Shown here: one piece after another, positions 9,029 to 18,926 of the stretch
Layout: each line of letters starts with the position of its first letter
How positions within the stretch are numbered: position 1 is the first letter of the stretch
NCBI GenBank assembly: GCA_019058295.1
Contig: JAHPZI010000006.1
Span: 64,001 to 128,000 of the forward strand
From: Promethearchaeota archaeon
GTDB taxonomy: Archaea > Asgardarchaeota > Lokiarchaeia > Sigyniarchaeales > SOKP01
DNA length: 64,000 bases
Reading direction: 5' to 3'
Program-made: the position numbers and the translations under genes
The notes under the pieces: model-generated
The model's input: only the letters and a program-made list of their open reading frames with translations
What the model was told of the DNA's origin: nothing
Databases searched by the model: none

Positions 9029-12000
9029 TATTGATTAATTCTTTTTCTTCCTCAAATAAAGGCAAAATATTTAATAGGTTTTCAATGTTAGAATTATATT
9101 GTTTCATATCGTAGATTTTTACATCAATAATGAATTTCATCAAAGTAAAATAGAACGTATCTTTAAGAATTTTTTCGCTCAATCCCATATTTTCAAAAAA
9201 TTTATTAAATTCAATTTTTATTTGCTTAGGAGATTTAATTTTTAATAAAGATAAACCATACAAAAAAAGTAGCATTGCACTGGTCTCATAATTCTTTCTT
9301 TTCAAAAAATTATTAGATAACTCTAAATATTTATTTGCTGCTTCCTTGAATTTTTTGTTTTTTACTAATAATAAAACCTCATCATAATATCGTTTTTTCA
9401 TTGCTTTTCTTTTAGTAAAAAAATCTTTAATATCCCTTTTTATATCACCTACTTTTTGTTGAAGACTACTATTAATACCGTCTAACTCAATTTTTATATG
9501 TTTAGGCTTTTTTATGAGAGTTGTGTCTTCAATTTTATCCTTTATTATTTCCTCTCCTAAAAGGGTTCTTAGAAAAGTGATTTCTGGTTCAAAAAGAATT
9601 AATTTATCAATGAGATGATTGATGCTTATTTGGATTAAATCTTGTAGATCTTCTTGATATGCAATGAAGATATATTTCATGAATTGAATTTCTGGTAACG
9701 TTTCTTCTATAATATTAAAATTTAAAACCTCTTTTGTATGATCTACAAAAATCGATTTCGCAAATTGAACATTCGTATCATAAATCTGAATTAAGGTTCC
9801 TAAAATTAAACTTACGGCTGCATATTTAAGAAGTTTTTTATCAGCGAGCTTTTGAAATGCGCTTAAATAAATTAAGGATGCTTCTTGTAAATTATTATTA
9901 ATTAATTCTTTGATAGCTTTATCCCAATAATCTCGTTTCATCATTTTTCTTTTAGCAATATCTTGGGTTTTTTTTTCAATGTTTTTTGCTATTTGATTAA
10001 TTTCTCTTCTAAGCTTTGCTATTTCCTCAGGAGGTAATTTAGTTTTTTCAGTTTTCTCTTCTTTTTCAATTTTTTTACCCAAATAATCATAAAGTACCAA
10101 AATTTCTTCTTCAAACATCGGTAAAAATTCTAAATAAGACATAGCTTTTTTTAATTTTGGTTCATCTTCGATTTTTTTCAGATCTATAACATATTCTATA
10201 AGAGTGACTGGGAATGTCTCGAATAACAAATTTCCTACTCTGGAAAATTCTTCTTTTATATCTTTCATTAAATTTATTAATTCATCTATTCTATCATCTT
10301 TTATTAACAATAGAGACGCTACAGCTAAGGATACTCCAGCTAAATTATATTTTTTAATTTTATTCAATTTAATTACACTCTCCTTATAAGAAATAATAGC
10401 GTTATCAAATTCTTGATTTTTTATGAATTCCAAAGCATTCTTAAAATAAGTTCGTTTCATACCACTTCTTTGTTTCATTTCATTTTCTTGATCCTGCTTT
10501 GCATCCCTTCCTTTTTTCATTATAATCGAAAGCTTTTCTTTTAATATTTCGGTCTTAACTGATTCTTTAGCTTTCTTGGTTTTTATTGCTGCTTTGCTAG
10601 TCTCTACTTTAGCTAATTTCTTGTGGATTTCATTTTTAAATGTTTTATTTTCAATTTTATCTGAAAATGTTTGGGCAGATGAAAAATCTTCTAAAGTAAT
10701 ATAGATTTCAGCAATTTTCTTATAGATTTTATCAAAATTAACTTTAAATTTTTCAACGTCTAAATAAGCTGCTGCAATTATATGAATTTTTTTTCTTAAT
10801 TCATTTGATTTTTCGATTCCTGATAAATTATTTTCAATTTCTACAATTTTTAGGGCTTCCTTTTTGATTTGTTTTATAAATAATTTATTTATTTCTCTGG
10901 ATTTTTCATACAATTGTTGACTTCTAAAGATTTTATTTGATTTTTCAAAAATTTTTTCTTTATTAGTGAAATCCTTTTCTGATGGCAATTTTTTCAATTT
11001 TTCAATGAAGAGTGTATAGATTCTTATTAAGTAATTTTTCTTAGTTTCATCTTTTAAATCTGAGTAGAACTCAAAGAAATTATCAAATAAATTACCTTCA
11101 ATTAAAATGTCCAAAGATTTTATCAAAATCTGATTTCCTGCTTCTTCTTTACCTATATCTTTGAGAAAAATAGAATGATTTTTTATTATTTGAGCAGCTT
11201 TAAGAAAATCATCTTTCTTAATATATTCATTAGACTCTTCTATTTTTTGAGAATTCATCTCAACAATAATATTTTCTTCAGCATCATAAAAATCTTGTAT
11301 AATATCAACCCCTTGTTGGACATATTCATTTATTTCTTTCTTTTTTAGTTTTTTATTCTTCTCTTCAATTTTTACACTAAATTCAGTTAATTCCTTCTTT
11401 AATTCCAAAGAATTTAATTTATTGATTAAAATAGTAGCCATCCCAAAATTCAATTCTTCTAAGAGTAATTTAATTAATTTTTCCAATTTGTTATCAATAT
11501 CTACTTTTTCTAACTCATAAGTCTCCCAAATATTTTCAATCTCATCGTGTACCTCTTTAGCAGCATATAAATCCTTTTCGTTGACTTTTTGTTCTAGTAA
11601 CTTTATTAATATCTCAATTACCTTTTCTTCAAATATTTTTAAGTCTTCATATAGCCCTTCTCGTTGATATTCATTTATACTGTAATATAATTGATCCCTT
11701 GCAGATTCTAGCTCTCCATTTGAAGATAAATATTCAGCAGCGTCAACAATTTTTTCAGAAACTTCACTTAAAATACCACTAGTTTCTTCGTGAGGTAACC
11801 TTTCAAGAATACTAAATGCGTTTTCAACTTTACAGGCTGAGATAAAAGAATTTATAGATAATTTAAAACAATCATTAACTAATTTTTTATCTTCTAGCTC
11901 AATTGATGCCCATTGAGCAGCGCTTTCATATTGTGAAGCGGCTAATTCGTAATCTCCATTATTAAATAGTTTATTTCCTTCTGTAATCATCGCTCTGTGA

Positions 12001-12743
12001 TATAATTTCTTAAAATCTATCGCTTTTCTTTTATCAAATTTATTAAAAATTTCTGAAGCTTCTAAAAAAAGGTTGATCTTTGAAAAAGTAAAGGCAGCTT
12101 GTTCATAATGAATCATGAATTCGCTATTATTGTAAATTTCTGAAATTATTGCTGCCTTTTTCATAGCCCGAGCAGCATAATAATAATTTTGTTCTTTAAA
12201 ATATTCATTCGCTAATTCTATAAATATAGGAAATCTCAACCAAGCATTTTCAATATTTAATGGAGTTTCTGCAGCAATCATCGCCAATGATAGGCATTCA
12301 AGCGCTTGATGAAATTTTTTTGGTGAAAGATTTATAAATACTTCAAGATCAGGGTAATTTAACCACATGCTTTCCAAAACATCGTTAGTAATAAGAGGAA
12401 GGAGACCATTTTTATCATAAAAAATAACTACTATAGGTATATTCCTTTTAACTGAATTTATAATAGGTAGACTCATTTCAAAAAACTCAAATTCCTCAAT
12501 TTTAAGAGGATTAATAAGAAATAGAATTCCATCAACAGTAGGAATAACTTCATCGTAATCTGCAGAAATAATATCCGTTAAAACGTCCACTTCCAAATCG
12601 CAAATATCTTCTAACGCATTAATTTCTTTATAAAATTCATAATAAGCATGCTTCTCCTCACCTACATCCTGAAATGATCTCACTATATATTCATATGTCG
12701 ATTCTGGTTCCCCCATTATTAAAACTTTAAATACATATCGCAT
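9018..12743 (-). CDS. 1241-aa protein: degenerate small-GTPase-like N-terminus plus TPR/SNAP-like alpha-solenoid with three C-terminal repeats
   Basis: FKVLIMG / DGILFLIN / IPIVVIF strand pattern without GKT/S; helical repeats. Confidence 0.6.
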   Translation of the reverse strand: MRYVFKVLIMGEPESTYEYIVRSFQDVGEEKHAYYEFYKEINALEDICDLEVDVLTDIISADYDEVIPTVDGILFLINPLKIEEFEFFEMSLPIINSVKRNIPIVVIFYDKNGLLPLITNDVLESMWLNYPDLEVFINLSPKKFHQALECLSLAMIAAETPLNIENAWLRFPIFIELANEYFKEQNYYYAARAMKKAAIISEIYNNSEFMIHYEQAAFTFSKINLFLEASEIFNKFDKRKAIDFKKLYHRAMITEGNKLFNNGDYELAASQYESAAQWASIELEDKKLVNDCFKLSINSFISACKVENAFSILERLPHEETSGILSEVSEKIVDAAEYLSSNGELESARDQLYYSINEYQREGLYEDLKIFEEKVIEILIKLLEQKVNEKDLYAAKEVHDEIENIWETYELEKVDIDNKLEKLIKLLLEELNFGMATILINKLNSLELKKELTEFSVKIEEKNKKLKKKEINEYVQQGVDIIQDFYDAEENIIVEMNSQKIEESNEYIKKDDFLKAAQIIKNHSIFLKDIGKEEAGNQILIKSLDILIEGNLFDNFFEFYSDLKDETKKNYLIRIYTLFIEKLKKLPSEKDFTNKEKIFEKSNKIFRSQQLYEKSREINKLFIKQIKKEALKIVEIENNLSGIEKSNELRKKIHIIAAAYLDVEKFKVNFDKIYKKIAEIYITLEDFSSAQTFSDKIENKTFKNEIHKKLAKVETSKAAIKTKKAKESVKTEILKEKLSIIMKKGRDAKQDQENEMKQRSGMKRTYFKNALEFIKNQEFDNAIISYKESVIKLNKIKKYNLAGVSLAVASLLLIKDDRIDELINLMKDIKEEFSRVGNLLFETFPVTLIEYVIDLKKIEDEPKLKKAMSYLEFLPMFEEEILVLYDYLGKKIEKEEKTEKTKLPPEEIAKLRREINQIAKNIEKKTQDIAKRKMMKRDYWDKAIKELINNNLQEASLIYLSAFQKLADKKLLKYAAVSLILGTLIQIYDTNVQFAKSIFVDHTKEVLNFNIIEETLPEIQFMKYIFIAYQEDLQDLIQISINHLIDKLILFEPEITFLRTLLGEEIIKDKIEDTTLIKKPKHIKIELDGINSSLQQKVGDIKRDIKDFFTKRKAMKKRYYDEVLLLVKNKKFKEAANKYLELSNNFLKRKNYETSAMLLFLYGLSLLKIKSPKQIKIEFNKFFENMGLSEKILKDTFYFTLMKFIIDVKIYDMKQYNSNIENLLNILPLFEEEKELINIIE

Positions 12744-12893
12744 TTTATCGTCGTATAAAATCTTTAAAATTATGAGTTTTATGAAATCATTTAAATGATT
12801 TTCTCTTCATAAAATAAATTAATTCATTTAGCTTAATAAATTATTTAAATTAATTGATTGAAAAAGTAAAATCTAACAAACAATAAAATTTTA

Positions 12894-13556
12894 ATGATAA
12901 CATTGCTCGTCGAAAGGAATTATCGAATTGTAGAAGCGAAAATGATCGCCCAGATGGAAGAGGCCCTAGAATATGGGAAAAAATTGATTGATTCAGAATT
13001 GGATGCTGGGATTTTTGATTTTATTGTGAAACCTATAGTTAAAACCTTCTATAAATATTGGAGCGACAATGATGCCCGCGAAGGCACCTTACAACAAATA
13101 AAAGTAACTTTAGATTGTGCAAAGTTAATCCTAAATAATGGTATAGAAAATGAAGAATTTGAAAAAACGATTGAAGAAAATTTTCCAATTTATCTTAAAG
13201 GTGATCAAACCTATCGACAATGTAAAATGAAACATAAAAGTTTTAATAAATTAAAAGAAATTACAAGAGACTGTTTTATATCCCAAGTCAATGAAGCCGT
13301 ATTGTTTTTGAATGTGAAAGAAGATATTACGACTTATGATGATATAGTTAGGATTGTTTTTAAGACAAAAGAAAATGCTCTAAAATCTTTAATGCAACAA
13401 CTAGATTTTAATGAGGCTGGAATCAATGTCATTGAAAAAAATCCTTCAATTTTAAAGATTCCAACTGGCAAAAACATTCTTTTAAAATGCCTAAGAAAAG
13501 GTTTTGAGCACACAAAAACATTATTAATTGAGAGACTTGACAATATTTTCAATTAA
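12894..13556 (+). CDS. Hypothetical helical protein
   Basis: 220-aa ORF filling the gap between genes, typical composition; no recognised motif. Confidence 0.7.
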   Translation: MITLLVERNYRIVEAKMIAQMEEALEYGKKLIDSELDAGIFDFIVKPIVKTFYKYWSDNDAREGTLQQIKVTLDCAKLILNNGIENEEFEKTIEENFPIYLKGDQTYRQCKMKHKSFNKLKEITRDCFISQVNEAVLFLNVKEDITTYDDIVRIVFKTKENALKSLMQQLDFNEAGINVIEKNPSILKIPTGKNILLKCLRKGFEHTKTLLIERLDNIFN

Positions 13557-13583
13557 AAAACAACTTTTTGCGTTGTTATATAT

Positions 13584-14672
13584 ATGGAAGAAAATAGTGA
13601 TGATATTGCCTTAGTAAAAAACACTAAAAATGAGCATAATAATCCTTTAAGAATTATTTTTTTAAATTTGTTTATTAGCGTATTTATAATAATGTGTTAC
13701 TTCTATTTAGCAGAATTTTTCGGTTCAATATCTACGATTTTTGTAGAAAATTCTGAATTGATAATATCATTCGGGATCACTTTGTTATTATTCACGTTTT
13801 TTTCCACATTAGCAGGTAAATATCATGGCTTTATTGCGGGTTTTATAGGAGAATTACTTTACCAATTGGCCTATTACGATGTGATTTATATTCATTGGTG
13901 TTTGATAGTTTCAATATGGGGATTATTAAATGGTATATGGAAATATAAACCATTAAGATATCATAATTTAAAGAATTTAGGCTATTCAGTAGTAATATTA
14001 TTTCTTTCTTCTCTCTTTACGATGTTTCTTATAATAATATTTCAAAAAATTTTGTATTTTAGGCATTTTCAATCAACTATAATAAATTACGGATTAAAAT
14101 TTCTTATTAATGCAGTTATAGTAATTGTAATGGTTCCACTCCTTCTTTTTCTCTATGATAAAACTCTTGCTACAGATGAACAACACCTCTATTATTTGTT
14201 ATTAACTCATCATACTGTCTCTCAGAGTGATCACACATTTGTTTTAAAATTTGGCAGAACTTATATTTATTTTTGTTCGAGATGTTCAGGGGTAATACTT
14301 GGAGGATTGATTGCATTCTTTTTTACACATTTATTTGAAAGGATATATCATACCGAAATAAATCCCATAACTGCTGTGTTTTTATGTGTTATTTTGCCAA
14401 TACCAGGATTAATTGATTGGGGAACTCAGAGGTTAACATTAAGAAAAAGTACGACTGAATCAAGATTGTTTACCGGATTCGTTATTGGCAGTGCAATACA
14501 TTTGATGTCTTTTACGAGAGAATATTATTTCATAACGATTTTTTTGGTTATTTTCTATTTCAGCATTGTAGGTATATTAATATTTTTGGGGGAACGCCGC
14601 GGTTATGGCCTCGAATATTTAGAAATAGAGGAAGAAGAAAAATTCGATGAACAGGATAATCTAACAGAATAA
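13584..14672 (+). CDS. Membrane protein with C-terminal DUF2085-like domain (N-terminus ECF S-component-like)
   Basis: HH...FCSRCSG, IDWGTQ, RLFTG are typical of DUF2085; about 10 TM segments. Confidence 0.7.
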   Translation: MEENSDDIALVKNTKNEHNNPLRIIFLNLFISVFIIMCYFYLAEFFGSISTIFVENSELIISFGITLLLFTFFSTLAGKYHGFIAGFIGELLYQLAYYDVIYIHWCLIVSIWGLLNGIWKYKPLRYHNLKNLGYSVVILFLSSLFTMFLIIIFQKILYFRHFQSTIINYGLKFLINAVIVIVMVPLLLFLYDKTLATDEQHLYYLLLTHHTVSQSDHTFVLKFGRTYIYFCSRCSGVILGGLIAFFFTHLFERIYHTEINPITAVFLCVILPIPGLIDWGTQRLTLRKSTTESRLFTGFVIGSAIHLMSFTREYYFITIFLVIFYFSIVGILIFLGERRGYGLEYLEIEEEEKFDEQDNLTE

Positions 14673-14705
14673 AATTTAGTTAAGAAAAAATTTATTAAAA
14701 AAAAT

Positions 14706-15212
14706 ATGCCAAATATTATTTTTATTCATGGTTTAGAGAGTTCAGGTCAAGGCTTTAAAGGTCAACTATTCAAAAAAGTATTACCGGGATGTATTACGCC
14801 TACTTTTGAAGAATTTACAGATAAAATTACTTATAATAAATTATTAGAAATTCGAATGGCTCAATTGAAATCAATTTTGAAAGAAAAAGATACTTGGATA
14901 ATTATAGGATCAAGCTTTGGAGGGTTGATGGGAGCACTATATACAAGTCATTTTCCAGAAAAAGTAGCCCAGCTAATACTTCTTGCACCTGCTTTAGCAG
15001 TACCAGAATTGGATCCTGCTGTAATCTCTCGCATCAATATCCCAGTTGTTATATATCACGGTAGATATGATAAAATTATCCCATTAAAGTCAGTTCGGTC
15101 TCGGGCAGAAAGAATTTTTCTTAATCTGGAATTTATTGAGGTTGATGACGATCATATGCTTCACTCCACGGTAACTCAGATTAGCTGGAAAAAATTAATT
15201 AGAGATACCTAA
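14706..15212 (+). CDS. Alpha/beta hydrolase (YqiA/YcfP-like esterase)
   Basis: FIHGLES, nucleophile GSSFGG, HGRYD, DDDH. Confidence 0.88.
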   Translation: MPNIIFIHGLESSGQGFKGQLFKKVLPGCITPTFEEFTDKITYNKLLEIRMAQLKSILKEKDTWIIIGSSFGGLMGALYTSHFPEKVAQLILLAPALAVPELDPAVISRINIPVVIYHGRYDKIIPLKSVRSRAERIFLNLEFIEVDDDHMLHSTVTQISWKKLIRDT

Positions 15213-15289
15213 ACCATATAAGAAAAAAAAAATAAATATTATTCAGTTCGTCTTAAATTGTAAAATCATTATTATTATCGCTTTAAAAG

Positions 15290-16261
15290 ATGTCAGAAGA
15301 AAAGAGGAAAGAGAAAAAAAAAGAAGAAGAACGAAAACCATTAGAAGAAAGTCCATTTAGGCGAACTGATTTTGAACCATTAGAAAAAATAAATGATATT
15401 AAAAGAACCATAGCACCTGTAGAAATAAAACCTGTTGAAGTAGTTATAGATGAAGAATTAACAGAGATTGAAAATGATGTTCTGGAAATAGCTAAAGATA
15501 TTTTAAAATTAAAACGCTATGATGCTGAATTTGAAGTCGAATCAGAAGCTCATATTCAGAAATATCCGATTATTGAGAAATTATACGCTAAATGTATAGC
15601 TAAACTTTCTTTTAAGAAAGGATATAGTAAAGCTGATATTTTTCTGGCAATTCGAAGCTTAGAAGAAAAAAACTGGATAATAACCAATTCTAGAGTGACT
15701 AAGATGGAAATACTAGAAAATGAAAAACTTATGGGTGTATTAGACTTTATTAGAGAAAATGCAGGAATTCATGCCCGAGATAATAAAATAAAAGAGGAAC
15801 TAAAGATTACGAGAACTCCTTTTTTAAAGCATATCATGACTTTAGAAAGATTTAAGATGATAAGGTCAAAAAGAGTTGGAAAATCATTACATTATTTTCC
15901 AGCTGAAATACCAGAGGACGATAAAATAGATAAGCTTAGGATAATGCTATCGAATCCCTTAATCTTTAAAATTTTGGAAGAAATTTCAAAAGATAATACT
16001 ATATCCATATCAAAGATAGGAGACAATATAGATTATTATTCGGGAACAGTTCAGTATCATTTTAAAAAATTAAAAAAATTAGATTTATTAAAAATAAGTA
16101 AAGATAAAGAGGGTAGAAAGACTCATATAATAAACAAATCGATTATAAAAAAATATAAAAATATCTACAAAGAACCAGACTTCTCTAAAATACTTCTCTT
16201 ATACATCTCACTAATTTTTGGTCTTTTTAATATGATATTCTTTTTATCTATAATTATTTGA
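15290..16261 (+). CDS. Multi-winged-helix (ArsR/MarR-like) transcriptional regulator
   Basis: FIRENAGIHAR...HIMTLERFKMI...HYF and SISKIG...GTVQYHFKKL wHTH patterns. Confidence 0.75.
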   Translation: MSEEKRKEKKKEEERKPLEESPFRRTDFEPLEKINDIKRTIAPVEIKPVEVVIDEELTEIENDVLEIAKDILKLKRYDAEFEVESEAHIQKYPIIEKLYAKCIAKLSFKKGYSKADIFLAIRSLEEKNWIITNSRVTKMEILENEKLMGVLDFIRENAGIHARDNKIKEELKITRTPFLKHIMTLERFKMIRSKRVGKSLHYFPAEIPEDDKIDKLRIMLSNPLIFKILEEISKDNTISISKIGDNIDYYSGTVQYHFKKLKKLDLLKISKDKEGRKTHIINKSIIKKYKNIYKEPDFSKILLLYISLIFGLFNMIFFLSIII

Positions 16262-16437
16262 TTTTTCTTTGTATCAATTAAGAACGAGTATATTGAAAAT
16301 CATTCAGGGAAATAAATACATATATTAAACATAGAGCTGCTAAAGAAATACAACAAGATATTTAAATAACCAGATTTTTATAAATTTTTAGAAGGGTTTT
16401 AATTGATATTAAATGAAATATCATTTGGAATTCTGTA

Positions 16438-17832
16438 TTATTTCGATTTATCAATTAACCCCCTCAAATTTTCTTTCTTTTTTAGAAATTCACGTATTGA
16501 ATTGAGGTCTTTGTTTATCATTCTCGCAGATCGTATATTAAATGGATTTCCTTCAAGCTTCAAGAAGAATTGTCGTAAATTTTTCAATTTCCTAATAATT
16601 CTAGGTATAGTAATGAAATCATTATGCCTTAAGTCCAATTCTTCGAGTGATTTTAAGTTTCCAATAGAATCTGGGAGTGAAGTCAATTGATTATTTCTTA
16701 AATCTAATATTCTAAGAGATTTAAGATTTCCAATAGAATTCGGAAGTGAAGTCAATTGATTATTAACTAAAAATATTTGTTGGAGCAATTTAAGGTTGCC
16801 AAATGAGTTTGGCAGTGTTTCTATCTGATTATTTTCAAGAAATAACTGTTTAAGAGATTTAAGATTTCCAAATGATTTTGGAAGGCTTTTTAATTCATTA
16901 TTTTCAGCATATAATCGTTCCAAATTTGATAAATTAAGGACTGGCTTAGGAAATTCCTTAAAGTTATTTTTACTTATATCTAATGATTGTAATGATTTTA
17001 ATTTTCCAAACGTTTTAGGGAGATCTTTTAAATGATTATCTCTTAATCTTAATACTTTTAATTTAGTTAAATTCTCTATAGATTCAGGAATAGATTTTAA
17101 TAGATTATGGCTAAAACCTAATACAAGTAGCGAATTTAACCTGAATAAAGGTTCAAGAATCTTATCTGGTAAAACTTTTAAAGAATTGCCTGCTAAAGAG
17201 AGAATTCGAAGATTTTTTAAACTGCATATATTATCGGGAAGAGTCGATATCCTATTATAATCTAAATATAATCCTTCAAGCGATTTTAAATTACAAACAG
17301 CCTTAGGGATTTGTGTAAATTTATTTTTGCTTAAATATAATTCTTTCAGTGAATTAAGGTTACTAAAAGATTCTGGAAGCGATTTAAATTGATTATTTCG
17401 TAAGATTAATTGTTGAAGCATGCTTAAATTTGCAAAAGATTCTGGTAGAGTTGTTAATTTATTTGTATCTAATTCTAATTCTTCTAGTAATTCAAAGTCT
17501 CCGAAAGTTTTTGGGAGAGCAGTTAAAGAGTTCCATCTTAAATTTAATTTTTCTAGCAATTGTAATTTACCAAATGATTCTGGGAGAATAGTCAATGAAT
17601 TATAACCTAAGTACAATTCTCTGATAGTATCTAGGTTCAAAATTTGTTTTGGAAGTTCTTTTAGACCACAACGTTCAAGCCATAAACTAACAACATTGTC
17701 ATCATCAATTTTAACTCCAAAAGAAGGTATTCCACGTTCATCAAGACAAGGAATTTTTTTACCGATTATCTTATTCAAATCGTTTAATGCTTCTGCTTGT
17801 TTGGGTTTAACGTTGTATTCTTCACTTTTCAT
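16438..17832 (-). CDS. Leucine-rich repeat protein (about 16 repeats of 23 aa)
   Basis: LxxLxLxxNxLxxLPxSxGNL repeats. Confidence 0.95.
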   Translation of the reverse strand: MKSEEYNVKPKQAEALNDLNKIIGKKIPCLDERGIPSFGVKIDDDNVVSLWLERCGLKELPKQILNLDTIRELYLGYNSLTILPESFGKLQLLEKLNLRWNSLTALPKTFGDFELLEELELDTNKLTTLPESFANLSMLQQLILRNNQFKSLPESFSNLNSLKELYLSKNKFTQIPKAVCNLKSLEGLYLDYNRISTLPDNICSLKNLRILSLAGNSLKVLPDKILEPLFRLNSLLVLGFSHNLLKSIPESIENLTKLKVLRLRDNHLKDLPKTFGKLKSLQSLDISKNNFKEFPKPVLNLSNLERLYAENNELKSLPKSFGNLKSLKQLFLENNQIETLPNSFGNLKLLQQIFLVNNQLTSLPNSIGNLKSLRILDLRNNQLTSLPDSIGNLKSLEELDLRHNDFITIPRIIRKLKNLRQFFLKLEGNPFNIRSARMINKDLNSIREFLKKKENLRGLIDKSK

Positions 17833-17895
17833 ACTATTATTCTTTTTCCTTTTTTAGCTGATTAAATTATCCTTTATAATATATAAATTATTATC

Positions 17896-18783
17896 TCACT
17901 TTAAAGCAGCTTTGATTTTTGGTAAAGAACTAATTAACATATTAATTGCATTATTAATCCCTTTCTCAAGATTAGGATGAATCTCATTCGTTTTAAATAT
18001 ATCATATTTAGAGGACGGCATATCAGATACGGATAGAATTGAGGCAGTTTTTATATTAAATAATTTTCCTAATAGAAATAAAATTGAATTTTCCATATCA
18101 ATTCCTAAGACATTTATTGATTTTAATGAGTTGATAAACTCGTCGGTCTCACAAAACAGGGCGTCAGTTGTCCAAAAATCAACCTCTTTAACTTGATTAG
18201 GATTTTTAGATTTAGCTTCGTTAAATAATAATTCCCTTAATTGATTGTTTGGCTTGGTAATGAATACCATTTGATTACCCGCTTTAATATCTTTAATTTT
18301 CGAAATGGGATTTGATATTGATTCTAATTGATTAATCAACTCGGGATACTTAAGAATATAATGAGGAGATGTCCCATCGCCACAATAAGCAAGTTTGGGG
18401 ATTAAAATATCACCCACGTTAATTTTATTATTCTGGTTATCAATACCTCCACAAAAATCAACTCTTAGAATTACTTTTGTATTACATCTTTTCAAGCATT
18501 CCATAGCAGTAGCACAGTTAGGACACCCAACTAAAGAACGGATTACACTTACCTTAACTCCATTTAGCAATCCATTATAAACTCTACCGCGAACTCTTTT
18601 GTTTTGAAGTTTGCTAATCAATTTTTTCATTACAAATTTGACTGCTGGTAGGATAACAATGTCGGGATTTACACTTTTAGAAGAGGTCTCTAAAAATAAT
18701 CTTACAATTTTCTCATCTACACTCATAAATTTTAATCCAACGTTTATCAAATCTGACTTTATTCTATTTAACATTTTAAACAA
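17896..18783 (-). CDS. Nucleoside phosphorylase family protein (PNP/UDP)
   Basis: VGCPN..ME, RVDFCGG, WTTDALFCET, GIDMENS, LSVSD. Confidence 0.82.
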   Translation of the reverse strand: MFKMLNRIKSDLINVGLKFMSVDEKIVRLFLETSSKSVNPDIVILPAVKFVMKKLISKLQNKRVRGRVYNGLLNGVKVSVIRSLVGCPNCATAMECLKRCNTKVILRVDFCGGIDNQNNKINVGDILIPKLAYCGDGTSPHYILKYPELINQLESISNPISKIKDIKAGNQMVFITKPNNQLRELLFNEAKSKNPNQVKEVDFWTTDALFCETDEFINSLKSINVLGIDMENSILFLLGKLFNIKTASILSVSDMPSSKYDIFKTNEIHPNLEKGINNAINMLISSLPKIKAALK

Positions 18784-18926
18784 TTTTTTTTATAATTTAT
18801 AACTACCACATTAATTACTTCAAAACTTATAATTATTAATCGTTTTTTTTTTTTATTTACTTACATTAAATACATTTATTAATAGATATTAAATCATCAG
18901 AAAAATACAGTGAAGCTTGGTTAACT

